Source: Gammaproteobacteria bacterium (GTDB lineage: Bacteria; Pseudomonadota; Gammaproteobacteria; JBIOEC01). From it: DNA of 32,000 bases. Under the pieces are notes generated by a model. The model was not told where the DNA came from and did no database searches. It saw only the letters and a list, made by a program, of their open reading frames with translations. The stretch's first letter is position 1. Each line of letters begins with the position of its first letter. Both the position numbers and the translations under genes were made by a program. Of this stretch, positions 1 to 9,600 are shown in pieces. The stretch is from contig OZ257143.1 in assembly GCA_965279305.1 (NCBI GenBank), positions 90,001-122,000 of the forward strand, written 5' to 3'.

Positions 1-389
1 AAACGTTCAGTGGCTGGTGGCGGTTGATCGTTTTGCAAATAAGGTTTAATACGTTCGTATTGCTTATAGAATTCGGTTAAATCTACGACTAAGTCACGAA
101 TCACTGGCATACCAGGCAATGGGCGTATTACAATTTGATTGCCTAAGCTGGAAAGTGACGTAATACAGGCTAAACGGTTTTTACCGTTAATGTTCATACC
201 ATCAGATCCACAAACACCTTCACCACAAGAACGTCGAAAATTTAAAGTGGGATCTTTTTCTTTTAATAGTAATAATGCTTTTAATAGCATCATATCGCTA
301 TGCTCAGGTACTTCTAATTGATAATCCTGCATATAAGGTTTAGCATCTGTTTCGGGATTGTATCGGTAAACAGAAAATTTAATTGTCAT
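1..389 (-). CDS. sdhB: succinate dehydrogenase iron-sulfur subunit, N-terminal part (gene continues past the left edge)
   Basis: My own translation of the minus strand from ATG 389-387 gives MTIKFSVYRYNPETDAKPYMQDYQLEVPEHSDMMLLKALLLLKEKDPTLNFRRSCGEGVCGSDGMNINGKNRLACIT... It carries the SdhB 2Fe-2S motif C-x-E-G-x-C-G-S and starts 14 nt after the sdhA stop, completing sdhCDAB order. It is absent from the ORF track because it has no stop in the window. Confidence 0.9.
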   Translation of the reverse strand, partial: MTIKFSVYRYNPETDAKPYMQDYQLEVPEHSDMMLLKALLLLKEKDPTLNFRRSCGEGVCGSDGMNINGKNRLACITSLSSLGNQIVIRPLPGMPVIRDLVVDLTEFYKQYERIKPYLQNDQPPPATER

Positions 390-403
390 ATTCTTTTCTC
401 CAA

Positions 404-2176
404 TTAGTATGTCCGTTTTTTCGGTTCAAACGGTTTCATCTTTTCTGGTTTCATATTCACTTCACGATATACAATCGTTCCATCCGATAAAAATACCGTG
501 TGCTTTAACCAATGTTCATCATCTCGTTCAGGGAAATCAAAACGACAATGTGCACCGCGACTTTCTTCACGTGCATCGGCACAAATTGCTGTGGCAATAG
601 CCACTTCCATTAAATTTTCTAATTCTAAGGCTTCAATACGTGCGGTATTAAACACCATGCTTTTATCGCCTAATACGGCGTGATGTAAACGTTCACGTAA
701 GGCTTCTAATTTTTTAACACCCGCTTCCATTACATCGGCGGTACGGAATACACCAAAATCGTTTTGCATAACGGTTTGCATTTCTTCACGAAGCTTATTA
801 ACATTTTCGCCTTTCTCTGCCCCTTTTCCATTAGACTCCCAACGATTTAAACGTTGTTCAATTTTTTCTAAACTTTTTTGATCAGGTTCATGGAAGTGAA
901 TATCGTCTTTACGTAAACGTTCACTTAAATGCAATCCGGCTGCACGCCCGAATACCACTAAATCTAATAATGAATTTCCACCTAAACGATTAGAACCGTG
1001 TACTGATACACACGCACATTCTCCCACTGCATATAATCCTTCTACTACTTTATCTTTTCCTTTTTTATCCACAGTGATCACTTGTCCGTGAACATTAGTA
1101 GGCACACCACCCATCATATAATGGCAAGTAGGCACCACAGGAATAGGATCTTTAATGGGATCCACATGCGCAAATGTCATCGCTAATTCACGAATACCGG
1201 GTAAACGTTCTTTAATTAACGCTTCACCTAAATGATCAAGTTTTAATAAAACGTGATCCCCTTTAGGACCACACCCACGACCTTCACGAATTTCAATCGC
1301 CATTGAACGTGCGACCACATCGCGTGAGGCTAAATCTTTTGCATTCGGCGCGTAACGCTCCATAAAGCGTTCACCATTTTTATTAATTAAATATCCACCT
1401 TCGCCACGAACACCTTCGGTTACCAGTACGCCAGCGCCTGCAATACCCGTAGGATGGAATTGCCACATTTCAATATCTTGCACCGGATATCCCGCACGTA
1501 ATGCCATACCCAAACCATCGCCGGTGTTAATTAATGCATTCGTAGTAGAACTAAAAATACGCCCTGCTCCACCTGTTGCTAAAATCACGGCTTTCGCTTG
1601 AAAGAATTCTACATGACCATCTTCAATACATAACACAACTACGCCCGCCACGTTTCCATCTTCTGTGCGCACTAAATCCACCGCAAACCATTCATTAAAA
1701 AAAGTGGTTTTTTCTTTTACGTTTTGTTGATATAAAGTATGTAATAAAGCATGTCCGGTACGATCCGCTACAGCGCAAGTGCGCGCCGCTTGCTCGCCAC
1801 CAAAGTTTTTAGATTGTCCGCCAAATCGGCGTTGATAAATTTTTCCGTTATCCATACGAGAAAACGGCATTCCCATATGTTCCAATTCGTAAACGGCTTG
1901 AGGTGCTTCTTTGCACATATATTCGATGGCATTCTGATCACCTAAATAATCAGAGCCTTTAATGGTATCAAACATATGCCACTGCCACTGATCTTCATCT
2001 GCATTACCTAAAGCAGCATTAATACCACCTTGTGCAGATACAGTGTGAGAGCGAGTAGGAAATACTTTTGAAACCACAGCAATATGAGTGCCTTGCTCCA
2101 TTGCCATTTGATAAGCCGCACGTAAACCTGCTCCGCCGCCGCCCACTACTACTACATCAAAAGATCGAGTTAACAT
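404..2176 (-). CDS. sdhA: succinate dehydrogenase flavoprotein subunit
   Basis: 590-aa ORF with the FAD-binding [10 protein letters not shown] near the N-terminus. It also has [13 protein letters not shown] (covalent FAD His region) and [17 protein letters not shown], all typical SdhA/FrdA signatures. Confidence 0.97.
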   Translation of the reverse strand: MLTRSFDVVVVGGGGAGLRAAYQMAMEQGTHIAVVSKVFPTRSHTVSAQGGINAALGNADEDQWQWHMFDTIKGSDYLGDQNAIEYMCKEAPQAVYELEHMGMPFSRMDNGKIYQRRFGGQSKNFGGEQAARTCAVADRTGHALLHTLYQQNVKEKTTFFNEWFAVDLVRTEDGNVAGVVVLCIEDGHVEFFQAKAVILATGGAGRIFSSTTNALINTGDGLGMALRAGYPVQDIEMWQFHPTGIAGAGVLVTEGVRGEGGYLINKNGERFMERYAPNAKDLASRDVVARSMAIEIREGRGCGPKGDHVLLKLDHLGEALIKERLPGIRELAMTFAHVDPIKDPIPVVPTCHYMMGGVPTNVHGQVITVDKKGKDKVVEGLYAVGECACVSVHGSNRLGGNSLLDLVVFGRAAGLHLSERLRKDDIHFHEPDQKSLEKIEQRLNRWESNGKGAEKGENVNKLREEMQTVMQNDFGVFRTADVMEAGVKKLEALRERLHHAVLGDKSMVFNTARIEALELENLMEVAIATAICADAREESRGAHCRFDFPERDDEHWLKHTVFLSDGTIVYREVNMKPEKMKPFEPKKRTY

Positions 2177-2198
2177 AATATTTTTTCTCTTCGTTGTT

Positions 2199-2549
2199 CT
2201 AACCGAATAATAAATAAATGCCCCACAGTAAATACACTGCGAGAGATAAAATAACCGCTACTTCTACACTGGCTCTGGCCCACACCGGTTTTACATAATC
2301 GGTGATAATGGTCCACATACCAATCCATGCATGAATTAATAAACAAATTAAAACCAATAATGTGTAAATACGAACACTTAAGCTAGAAAATAATTCAAAC
2401 CAATCCACGAAAGTGACAGGGGAATTGAGAGCAAAAAAACCAATAAGAAAAAAAACATAAGAAGCCACTACGATAGAAGTGACTCGTTGAACAAACCAAT
2501 CAGAAAGTCCTGAACGTCCGAATGCAGTAATATTTTTTACCATAACCAC
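2199..2549 (-). CDS. sdhD: succinate dehydrogenase hydrophobic membrane anchor subunit
   Basis: 116-aa, three-TM hydrophobic ORF between sdhC and sdhA. Its N-terminus ([18 protein letters not shown]) resembles E. coli SdhD. It overlaps the sdhC end by 13 nt. Confidence 0.85.
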   Translation of the reverse strand: MVMVKNITAFGRSGLSDWFVQRVTSIVVASYVFFLIGFFALNSPVTFVDWFELFSSLSVRIYTLLVLICLLIHAWIGMWTIITDYVKPVWARASVEVAVILSLAVYLLWGIYLLFG

Positions 2550-2911
2550 ACTCCTACTAACGCAATCAATATAAAGGAAATAACCATCACGGCTTGCGCC
2601 CCTAAGCGCCCGCCTTGTTTACTATCTCCAATATGCACGTCCATAAAAAGATGGCGCACACCGGCTACCAAGTGATAGATAAGACTGCCCAGTAATCCAA
2701 AAACGACTAGCTTAACAAAAGGGCTAGATAAGATATCGGTCAGCTTAATATAGGTCCAGGGGCTAGCAAGAGACATCTGTAGCATCCACAGCATGAGAGG
2801 GATTAATAAGAATAAAACAACCCCTGACAGGCGGTGTAGGATAGAAGTGATAGCCGTAATAGGAAAGCGAATGGTGAACAAGTTTAAGTTCACAGGTCGT
2901 TTCTGTTTCAC
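2537..2911 (-). CDS. sdhC: succinate dehydrogenase cytochrome b556 subunit (GTG start)
   Basis: 124-aa ORF. RPVNLNLFTIRFPITAITSILHRLSGV closely matches the conserved SdhC N-terminus. It is the first gene of the sdhCDAB order. Confidence 0.87.
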   Translation of the reverse strand: MKQKRPVNLNLFTIRFPITAITSILHRLSGVVLFLLIPLMLWMLQMSLASPWTYIKLTDILSSPFVKLVVFGLLGSLIYHLVAGVRHLFMDVHIGDSKQGGRLGAQAVMVISFILIALVGVWLW

Positions 2912-2950
2912 TATATAGTCCTTATGAATTTAGTGGAGTATTCGACCAAT

Positions 2951-2979
2951 ATTATAAGGCAGTTCGCCCTCTGGCACAA
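2951..2979 (-). promoter_or_regulatory. candidate sigma70 promoter of sdhCDAB
   Basis: The minus strand reads TTGTGC (2979-2974), 17 nt, TATAAT (2956-2951), about 40 nt upstream of the sdhC GTG. This rests on sequence pattern only. Confidence 0.4.
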
Positions 2980-3028
2980 TTGGGATCTGCGCCTAATACC
3001 AAAATCGAGCAATAAACCCACTAAAGTC

Positions 3029-3871
3029 TTAGCTGGGGGTAGAACCTGGTTTTTCGCAAGGTAATGCCGCCAGCGCATTTTTTGCTGTCGTTATATCTAC
3101 TTCAGATTGGCTTGAAAACCCGTCTGCTACCCATCCACGATAAGGTTCATAAGCTAAAAGAGGGAGTGCAACCAAAGCCGCCCCTAAACGGATTACCGCT
3201 TTCCCTCCCAAAGCAGGCGCATTTCTGGCAGGCATGGCCTCTTTTGCACGATCCCCTTCCAATACAGATCTCAAGGAGTCTTTAATAGCTTTTTTTAACT
3301 GTTCTAATAGTTCTATAAATGGACCCGCTCGATTTACTTGGAAATCATTTATGGTCTTTTTTAGAGTCAGTTGTAACCCCGTATTTAATCCAATAAGATT
3401 CCCCGCTTTCAGATCTGCATCTCTATCTTGGGGGTCTTTTTTTACAAGCACTTCTAATCTAATTTTAGAATCAATAATGGGAGCCACAACCTCATCCAGT
3501 AAGCCTTGCATAAATCCATCGGTATACAATTGTCCTATCAACCTGTATTTATCATCATTCCCTTTGTGATCACGCGCTATAGTCTGTAAGACCATTTTCC
3601 ACTGCTCCCATGCCTCAACACCTTTTTTCCAACTATCCCCTTCCCACTTCATATAACTGGGGGTAGTCAATGAAAGCACCAGCAATTTAGCCCTATCGTA
3701 ATTAAGTTCGATCGCATCTACTATACCAATTGAATCTGCCTCTGCTGGATTACCAACCACGTCATTAATCTCTTTGAAACACTCCGCCGCTCCATCAACA
3801 GACTGTGCCACTTTTGAAGGGAAATACTTAGGGTCAAAAGGCGCTGGGGCTGTGGTTGCTGCTGCTTTCAT
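3029..3871 (-). CDS. hypothetical protein, 280 aa (orphan)
   Basis: Long ATG-initiated ORF with no recognisable catalytic motif. It is mostly helical-looking, with one hydrophobic stretch near the C-terminus (AVIRLGAALVALPLLAY). The antisense ORFs in the track (3064-3285, 3234-3569) look spurious. Confidence 0.6.
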   Translation of the reverse strand: MKAAATTAPAPFDPKYFPSKVAQSVDGAAECFKEINDVVGNPAEADSIGIVDAIELNYDRAKLLVLSLTTPSYMKWEGDSWKKGVEAWEQWKMVLQTIARDHKGNDDKYRLIGQLYTDGFMQGLLDEVVAPIIDSKIRLEVLVKKDPQDRDADLKAGNLIGLNTGLQLTLKKTINDFQVNRAGPFIELLEQLKKAIKDSLRSVLEGDRAKEAMPARNAPALGGKAVIRLGAALVALPLLAYEPYRGWVADGFSSQSEVDITTAKNALAALPCEKPGSTPS

Positions 3872-3959
3872 AATCTTATACCTACTATTAATAATGGTTT
3901 AATGAGGCATATCCTACCATTTTCAGGTAGTTGCATCAATAAAACGCAAATGGGAGGTT

Positions 3960-4289
3960 TTAGGCGGCTTGAGTTACTTGGATATTGAGATGTAAACCTA
4001 GACGCTCTACTTCTTCTTGAATGGTAAGTCTTACAAATTGCACAGGAGACTCGCCCAGTTTCTTGGCAAATTGAGCAGCCATTTTTACACTGAGGGTTCT
4101 ACGACCGTGCTCAAGATCACAAAGGTACTGGCGCGAGACACCCAATTTCTTTGAAAACGCTGCTAGAGACACTTCTTCAGATTCACGAATTGCCCATAAT
4201 AAATTTCCAATGGTCAGCTTCTTTTTACTAATACCTTCTAAAGCAGCTAACGTTTTTTCCGTCATGCTCTTTGATTTTTTAGTACTCAT
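3960..4289 (-). CDS. XRE-family helix-turn-helix antitoxin (HigA-like)
   Basis: SLAAFSKKLGVSRQYLCDLEHGRRTLSVKMAAQFAKKLG is a classic XRE/Cro HTH. I prefer ATG 4289 (GAGG 9 nt upstream) over the TTG at 4304 used by the ORF track. It overlaps the upstream toxin stop by 11 nt. Confidence 0.75.
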   Translation of the reverse strand: MSTKKSKSMTEKTLAALEGISKKKLTIGNLLWAIRESEEVSLAAFSKKLGVSRQYLCDLEHGRRTLSVKMAAQFAKKLGESPVQFVRLTIQEEVERLGLHLNIQVTQAA

Positions 4290-4569
4290 GTTTATTAACC
4301 TCAATTATTTCAACAAAATGAACTCGACCCGATATATCAATCTTATAAAATGCTCGCCATGCCTTACTTAAGCGAATCGAATGCTGTCCTCTTCGTTTTT
4401 TTCCTTTTACAGGCTCATCATGATAACCAGGGATTTTTCGCGTTTGATAAAGACCATCAACCCCAACGCTTTCTACCCATTTTTGAAGCTTAACGACAAT
4501 CTGCTTAGGCACATTACGTTTCAATGAATCTAAAACTTTATTTGAAATCGTTACCTGGAAAATATCCAC
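4279..4569 (-). CDS. RelE/ParE-superfamily type II toxin (toxin-first, HigB-like arrangement; GTG start)
   Basis: 96 aa, basic. The C-terminal pattern HSIRLSKAWRAFYKIDISGRVHFVEIIEVNKHEY matches the RelE/ParE (R-x-R-x-x-x-x-R-x-x-Y ... V-x-x-H) signature. It is translationally coupled to the HTH gene. Confidence 0.7.
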   Translation of the reverse strand: MDIFQVTISNKVLDSLKRNVPKQIVVKLQKWVESVGVDGLYQTRKIPGYHDEPVKGKKRRGQHSIRLSKAWRAFYKIDISGRVHFVEIIEVNKHEY

Positions 4570-4582
4570 GTTAACGACCGCC

Positions 4583-4624
4583 TGTACACTGCATTAGTGT
4601 ACATCGAGCAAGTGCTACTGTCAA
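4583..4624 (-). promoter_or_regulatory. toxin-antitoxin promoter with overlapping palindromic operator
   Basis: The minus strand reads TTGACA (4624-4619), 17 nt, TACACT (4601-4596). A perfect inverted repeat TGTACAC-N7-GTGTACA (4583-4603) covers the -10 and the likely start site, 14 nt upstream of the toxin GTG. Confidence 0.45.
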
Positions 4625-4741
4625 CCATTGGTTTGCCATACATTCAGCCTCTTTTACTTAAATTAAATATATATTAAGCAAAAAGGCCATAGCCATTCCA
4701 TAGGACATTAGCCATTGGTGAAAAAATAAATGGTGGGAGGG

Positions 4742-5680
4742 TTATGAGGGGCGTGAAGTACTTTGTATAGAAGGGGCTATTGGAGTATTGGCTCTTATTT
4801 GACGATCGAGGGTTTCTACCGCCTCAGCAGAGCGAGTCAGCATTTCTGAAAAACTACTCGTGGTAAAAGCACCACCCAATAAACCTTCTTTTTGGTGAAG
4901 CTCATCACTTTCCTTAATCAATTCTCTCGTTTTTCTAATATAGTCTTGTGTGCTTTTATCATTACCGGCTACAAATGGTCGTAATGCCTCTTTAACGTAC
5001 CTAGCCACTAAATCATTTCTTTCTGCTGATGGTTGAAACAAACGATTCTCTTGTGCTCGTTTATATTCCTCATAAAAATCGATAGCGATTTTTTTCAGAT
5101 TTTCCACCTTAACAGCATTTATAACAATCGTTGCAACTACCGCATCTGCACCTTTTTTATCTAATCGATCAAAATCAAAAAATAAAATATGGTTTTTTTC
5201 TGCAAATGATTTAGCATCATTAACAACAGAAATATCTTTAGTAACAACACCCAAAGCTATATCTCCCTGCTCTTCAGCAGGTAGATCAGAAACAGGTGCG
5301 TGAGAAACGGCAACTAAAGCAATAGCTATTAAACTATTGTTATTATTGGCTTCTCTTTTTTCTTTGAATGACAATATACCGTTTATATATTGTTTTACAG
5401 TTTCTGCTGAATTAAGATCTTTGGGATTAAAACAAACCACATAACCCAGAATATCGGGCTCATACTGATCAATTTCTTTTGGCACACGATTAAAAACTTC
5501 TACCTTATCTGTTTCACGCAATCTCAGATTAGCAGCAACATTCTCATTACCACCAGCTAAAGTGTTAAGAAATAAATCGGTGCCGTCTCCCATAAATGAG
5601 ACAGGAATTTTATATTCAGTATTTTCACTTAAGGCATTGCCATATATGATATTTACAAACGTTAATCCACTACTAGGCAT
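4742..5680 (-). CDS. hypothetical protein, 312 aa (orphan)
   Basis: ATG-initiated ORF with an alternating beta/alpha-looking N-terminal half and a helical, charged C-terminal half. No Walker A or other catalytic motif was found. Confidence 0.6.
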   Translation of the reverse strand: MPSSGLTFVNIIYGNALSENTEYKIPVSFMGDGTDLFLNTLAGGNENVAANLRLRETDKVEVFNRVPKEIDQYEPDILGYVVCFNPKDLNSAETVKQYINGILSFKEKREANNNNSLIAIALVAVSHAPVSDLPAEEQGDIALGVVTKDISVVNDAKSFAEKNHILFFDFDRLDKKGADAVVATIVINAVKVENLKKIAIDFYEEYKRAQENRLFQPSAERNDLVARYVKEALRPFVAGNDKSTQDYIRKTRELIKESDELHQKEGLLGGAFTTSSFSEMLTRSAEAVETLDRQIRANTPIAPSIQSTSRPS

Positions 5681-5845
5681 AAGTTACTTTCCATTAATTA
5701 TCTATTATTAAGTCTAATTGATTGTTAGCTCAAAGAAAGTAATTTAGCTTATTAATCAGATAATTGGCCACATTTGACCTAATAGCAAAAACCAGGAGAT
5801 AGGGCTTTAGGAGCAGTTTTGGGGATAATTTGGTATAATAATGGC

Positions 5846-6619
5846 ATGACTATTCATATTAATACCCCTGAAGACATCGAGAAAATGCGTATTGCAGGCC
5901 GTTTAGCCGCTGACGTACTCGATATGATTACCCCTCATGTAAAGGCCGGGGTGACCACTGACGCCCTAGATAAGCTATGCCATGACTATATAGTGAACGT
6001 TCAGGATGCTATTCCGGCCTGTTTAGGCTATAGAGGCTATACCAAAACCATCTGTACCTCGGTTAATCACCAGGTTTGCCATGGGATCCCTAGCGATAAA
6101 AAGCTCAAAACCGGCGATATTATCAATATCGACGTGACCGTTAAAAAAGACGGTTATCACGGCGATACCAGTAAAATGTTTATTGTAGGCAAAGGCAGTA
6201 TATTGGCCGAACGCCTAGTCCGTGTCACCCAAGAATGTATGTATTTAGGCATTCAAGCCGTAAAACCTGGGGCCCATTTTGGGGATATTGGGGCGGTTAT
6301 TCAAGAACATGCCCATAAAAACCATTTTTCAGTAGTACGCGACTTTTGCGGCCATGGCATTAACACAGTTTTCCATGCCGAGCCTCAAGTGCTGCACTTT
6401 GGCGTAAAAGGCACAGGCGCCATGATGAAACCCGGCATGATTTTTACGATTGAACCCATGATTAATGCCGGCAAATCCGGCGTTAAAGTATTAGCCGATG
6501 GCTGGACAGCTGTGACTCGCGACCACAGTTTATCGGCACAATGGGAACACACTATTCTTGTCACTGAAACGGGCTACGAAGTACTTACGCTTCGCTCTGA
6601 AGAAAAAGGGCAAATATAA
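5846..6619 (+). CDS. map: type I methionine aminopeptidase
   Basis: MTIHINTPEDIEKMRIAGRLAA aligns residue for residue with the E. coli Map N-terminus. Metal-ligand contexts are present (DIINIDVTV..DGYHGDTS, FCGHGI, FTIEPM, SAQWEHT). The ORF track starts at TTG 5819, which has an AGGAG 5 nt upstream, so a 9-aa longer form is possible. Confidence 0.95.
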   Translation: MTIHINTPEDIEKMRIAGRLAADVLDMITPHVKAGVTTDALDKLCHDYIVNVQDAIPACLGYRGYTKTICTSVNHQVCHGIPSDKKLKTGDIINIDVTVKKDGYHGDTSKMFIVGKGSILAERLVRVTQECMYLGIQAVKPGAHFGDIGAVIQEHAHKNHFSVVRDFCGHGINTVFHAEPQVLHFGVKGTGAMMKPGMIFTIEPMINAGKSGVKVLADGWTAVTRDHSLSAQWEHTILVTETGYEVLTLRSEEKGQI

Positions 6620-6636
6620 AATATTTGCCCTTTTTG
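6608..6636. terminator. bidirectional rho-independent terminator shared by map and the ankyrin-protein gene
   Basis: The sequence is AAAAA-GGGCAAATAT-aaa-ATATTTGCCC-TTTTT, a 10-bp perfect stem with T-tracts on both strands. It lies between the convergent stops at 6619 and 6638. Confidence 0.65.
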
Positions 6637-6637
6637 G

Positions 6638-9600
6638 TTAGTTAGCCGCTGGCCCTGCAGATCCTGCGGCGGGAGCCGGAGGCGTTGATGATGGTGAGGA
6701 ACCTGATGAAGCTAAACTGCTTCCAGAATTAGAAGCGAGACTGCCACTTCCTTTTTTCGGATATTTCTTTTCCAACACATCAAAAGGTTTAGCTTCTCTA
6801 CTTACCAACACATTCTTGTAGTCTTGAATGAAACTATCTTCTCGAACATAACCGTGTTCATTTACAAAATGATCTCTTTCATCTGCTGTGACTACTCTAG
6901 GCTCGCCATATTTATTATAAATTAAATCACTATCATTTAATGGTTCACCACCCACTGAAAGTTTCTTCAAATCTTTTAATTTTCTGTCGGGAGCAACATA
7001 TACGATACCCTCACAAACAATAGGACTACGGAATAAAACACCCAATACAGTCCAATGATCTCCGTCTTCAACACCTACCCCCATCATGGCGTGTATCACA
7101 GGACTACTCGCTGCCTTGGTTTTATCCGTACTCGTTTCTAATATTTTGTTAGGTTCTTTACGTATTATTCCACGAGTAAGGTGTTTAGGTTTGCGTAATG
7201 CTGCCACCATAGCATTTTGCACACCCTCACTTTCTAATACGGCAGGGGTTTTAAGCTTATCAAAAATCACTTCAGCAAAATAAACAGCTAATTGTCTCGC
7301 TCCTTTCCCAGATAGTTCCAAAATTTGAGGAGAAAAATCTTCGGCAACTCTTTCTGCAGCCGCTACGCAAATTAATTTAAAGTCACGCTCCCTTTCAGGC
7401 TCTGACAAAACCTGCGAGATTCTATCGTATTGTCTCTCGGCTTGAACCCGCATATAACGTTTATACACTTCATTAGCCATGGTCACCAATATTTGAGCAA
7501 CAAATGATCCTGCTGCAGAAGCACCTGTTACATCCGTCATTCCACTCGCCGCCGCACTGACAGCGCCACTAGCCACTTTACCTATCAATTGCACCAAGGT
7601 TTCATCAAGAACTAAGTCTTTTAAATCAGATAATTTTTTAACTAAATCTCCAGATAAAGCAGCAACAAACTCGCTTTTAACATCCGTGCCCCATTTTTTA
7701 CTCGTATCAAAATAGTCGAATATTCTTTTAATACCATCCAGCTGCTCTTTAAGATCAGCCATATCTTTTTCTGTTCTCTCTGCTGACGCAGCTACTTTTG
7801 CATCTAACCTTGCAACCATGTCTTTCAAATCGGTTAAATGATGCTCAGCCATAGCAAACATAATTTGAAATTTTTGAGCCTCTACGGCGACTACTTCTGC
7901 AGATTTTGCTCCTCCTGATCTTAAGGTGGAAATTTTGTGCGCGCAATCAAAAATGGCTTGCTCTTGAACCTGAGAAGTAGCAGAGGCATTATCTGCTATA
8001 GAAGCCAGCTCATCTTTTTCTCCCTTACTAAAATCTTCAGACTCTAGAAAATAATCCATGCCTCTCAAACTTTTTACCATTTTTTCTACGATATCTTTAT
8101 CGGCTATCCATTCTTTTAAGAAAAATAACACTTTTAAAAAAGCATTCTCAGAAGCAAGGCTAAGCACATGATCACCCCGACGATTACGAAGAGTTAAAGT
8201 AGCTCCTTCTCGCGCAAGTAAAGATAATGCATCCACCGGATTTTCTAATTTAACCGCTGCCTTATGTATCGCGGTATTGCCATGAGAATCACGAGTATCA
8301 ATATTAAAACCCAATTCATATAAAACTTTTAATGCAGTTTGATTAGCATCTCTAGCTGCTTGGAAATAAGCATCTACAATCCACTCATTGGATGGAGGGT
8401 TATTATAAATATAATCCCATGTTGCATCTGCATTGCCTGCCGATACCATTTTATATAATACATTCTCTTCATCGACTGAAACCACTGTTCCAATTCTTAC
8501 TACAATGGTAGAAGGTGCTACCGGTCTAGGTACAATTTCAGGTTCAACAGGAAGCACAAAGCCGGTAGAAGGTATAACGTATGGTGTAACTTCAGGTTCG
8601 ATATCCGCAGGTTCTGGAACGTTTGAAGGACTCGCAGGTACTACAATATTTTCTGAATCAGGAGCTGCCGTATCTGTAACAACGGGGGCTTCTCCTATTT
8701 CCGCCAACATGTTAGCCAACGCATCATCCACGCTTCTTGCTTCTGATTTTATTGCTACATGCTCCAACTGTGCTGCTTTATACTCGGCTTGTAAAGCTGC
8801 CACACCTTCCACTCCAGCGGCAGGATCCACAACAATAGTAGGCGTAACAAAAGTTTCATCAACTGCCGCTGCTTCTGCGCTTACCACGTTGCTTGTTTCT
8901 GCAGCATTCGCAGCGGCTACAGAAGTGTCAATAATGAGAGGAACAGGAGCCGCTATGGTTTCGGCATTTGCCGCAGACTCGGAAGTAGCAACCACCACCG
9001 GAATAATACCAGGCGCATCACTAAACTCTTTAATTTTTCTACGTAATCTCAACAATTTAGCATGATTCTTTTTCGCTTTATCACTGGTTTTTTGAAGGCG
9101 CTGCTCTAGATCAGTCAACGCAGATAATCGGGCATCATGTTCATTTTGAAGTGATTCTCTTTCTTGTTTTTCAAAAACTAAACGACCCTGGGTAGATTCT
9201 AATCGATCATAAAGTTCTAAAGCTTCCTCATCTAAGGTTTTAACTTCCTTTTTATATTCACCTAGTAATTTTTTATAATTTTCATTTGCTTTCTGCTCTT
9301 GTTCAAGCTTTTTCGAAGTATCAGTCAGAGTAGCTGCTAATTTCAAATTTTCATCTAAAGCGGCGGTGTATTTTTCAACAGCTTCATCCATCTTAGCTTT
9401 TGCTGCTTCGCGTTCTTGATTAGCTTTATCTAATTTTTGTTGAGCCTCATCTCGCTCTTTTTTCAAATCAAATATTTTTACTCGTTGTTCATTAATTTTA
9501 ACGCGTTGATTTCTAATCTCTTGGCGCTGCGCTATAATTTGTTCACCTTGCGCGCTGATAGTCTCCTCATGTGCTTCTAATGTTACTCGCAATTCTGTGG

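Noticed and set aside
139-683. Small plus-strand ORFs (139-321, 409-600, 498-683) from the track
   Set aside because: They are antisense to sdhB and sdhA, whose minus-strand translations carry unmistakable family motifs.
4742-5680. Degenerate Ras/Rab-like pseudo-GTPase in the 312-aa orphan
   Set aside because: Some local resemblances exist (DLFLNTLAGGNE vs DTAGQE, ILGYVVCFNPKDLNSAETVKQYINGI vs a Rab beta4-alpha3 segment, AKSFAEKNHILFFDFD). However, there is no P-loop, helix 1 would be missing, and the spacing between elements does not fit the small-GTPase fold. It is too weak to claim without structure prediction.
8433-9065. 210-aa plus-strand ORF antisense to the ankyrin-protein gene
   Set aside because: It lies entirely opposite the A/V/T/S-rich low-complexity linker of a far longer, motif-bearing minus-strand ORF. 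Its translation is equally low-complexity, so it is a repeat-composition artefact.
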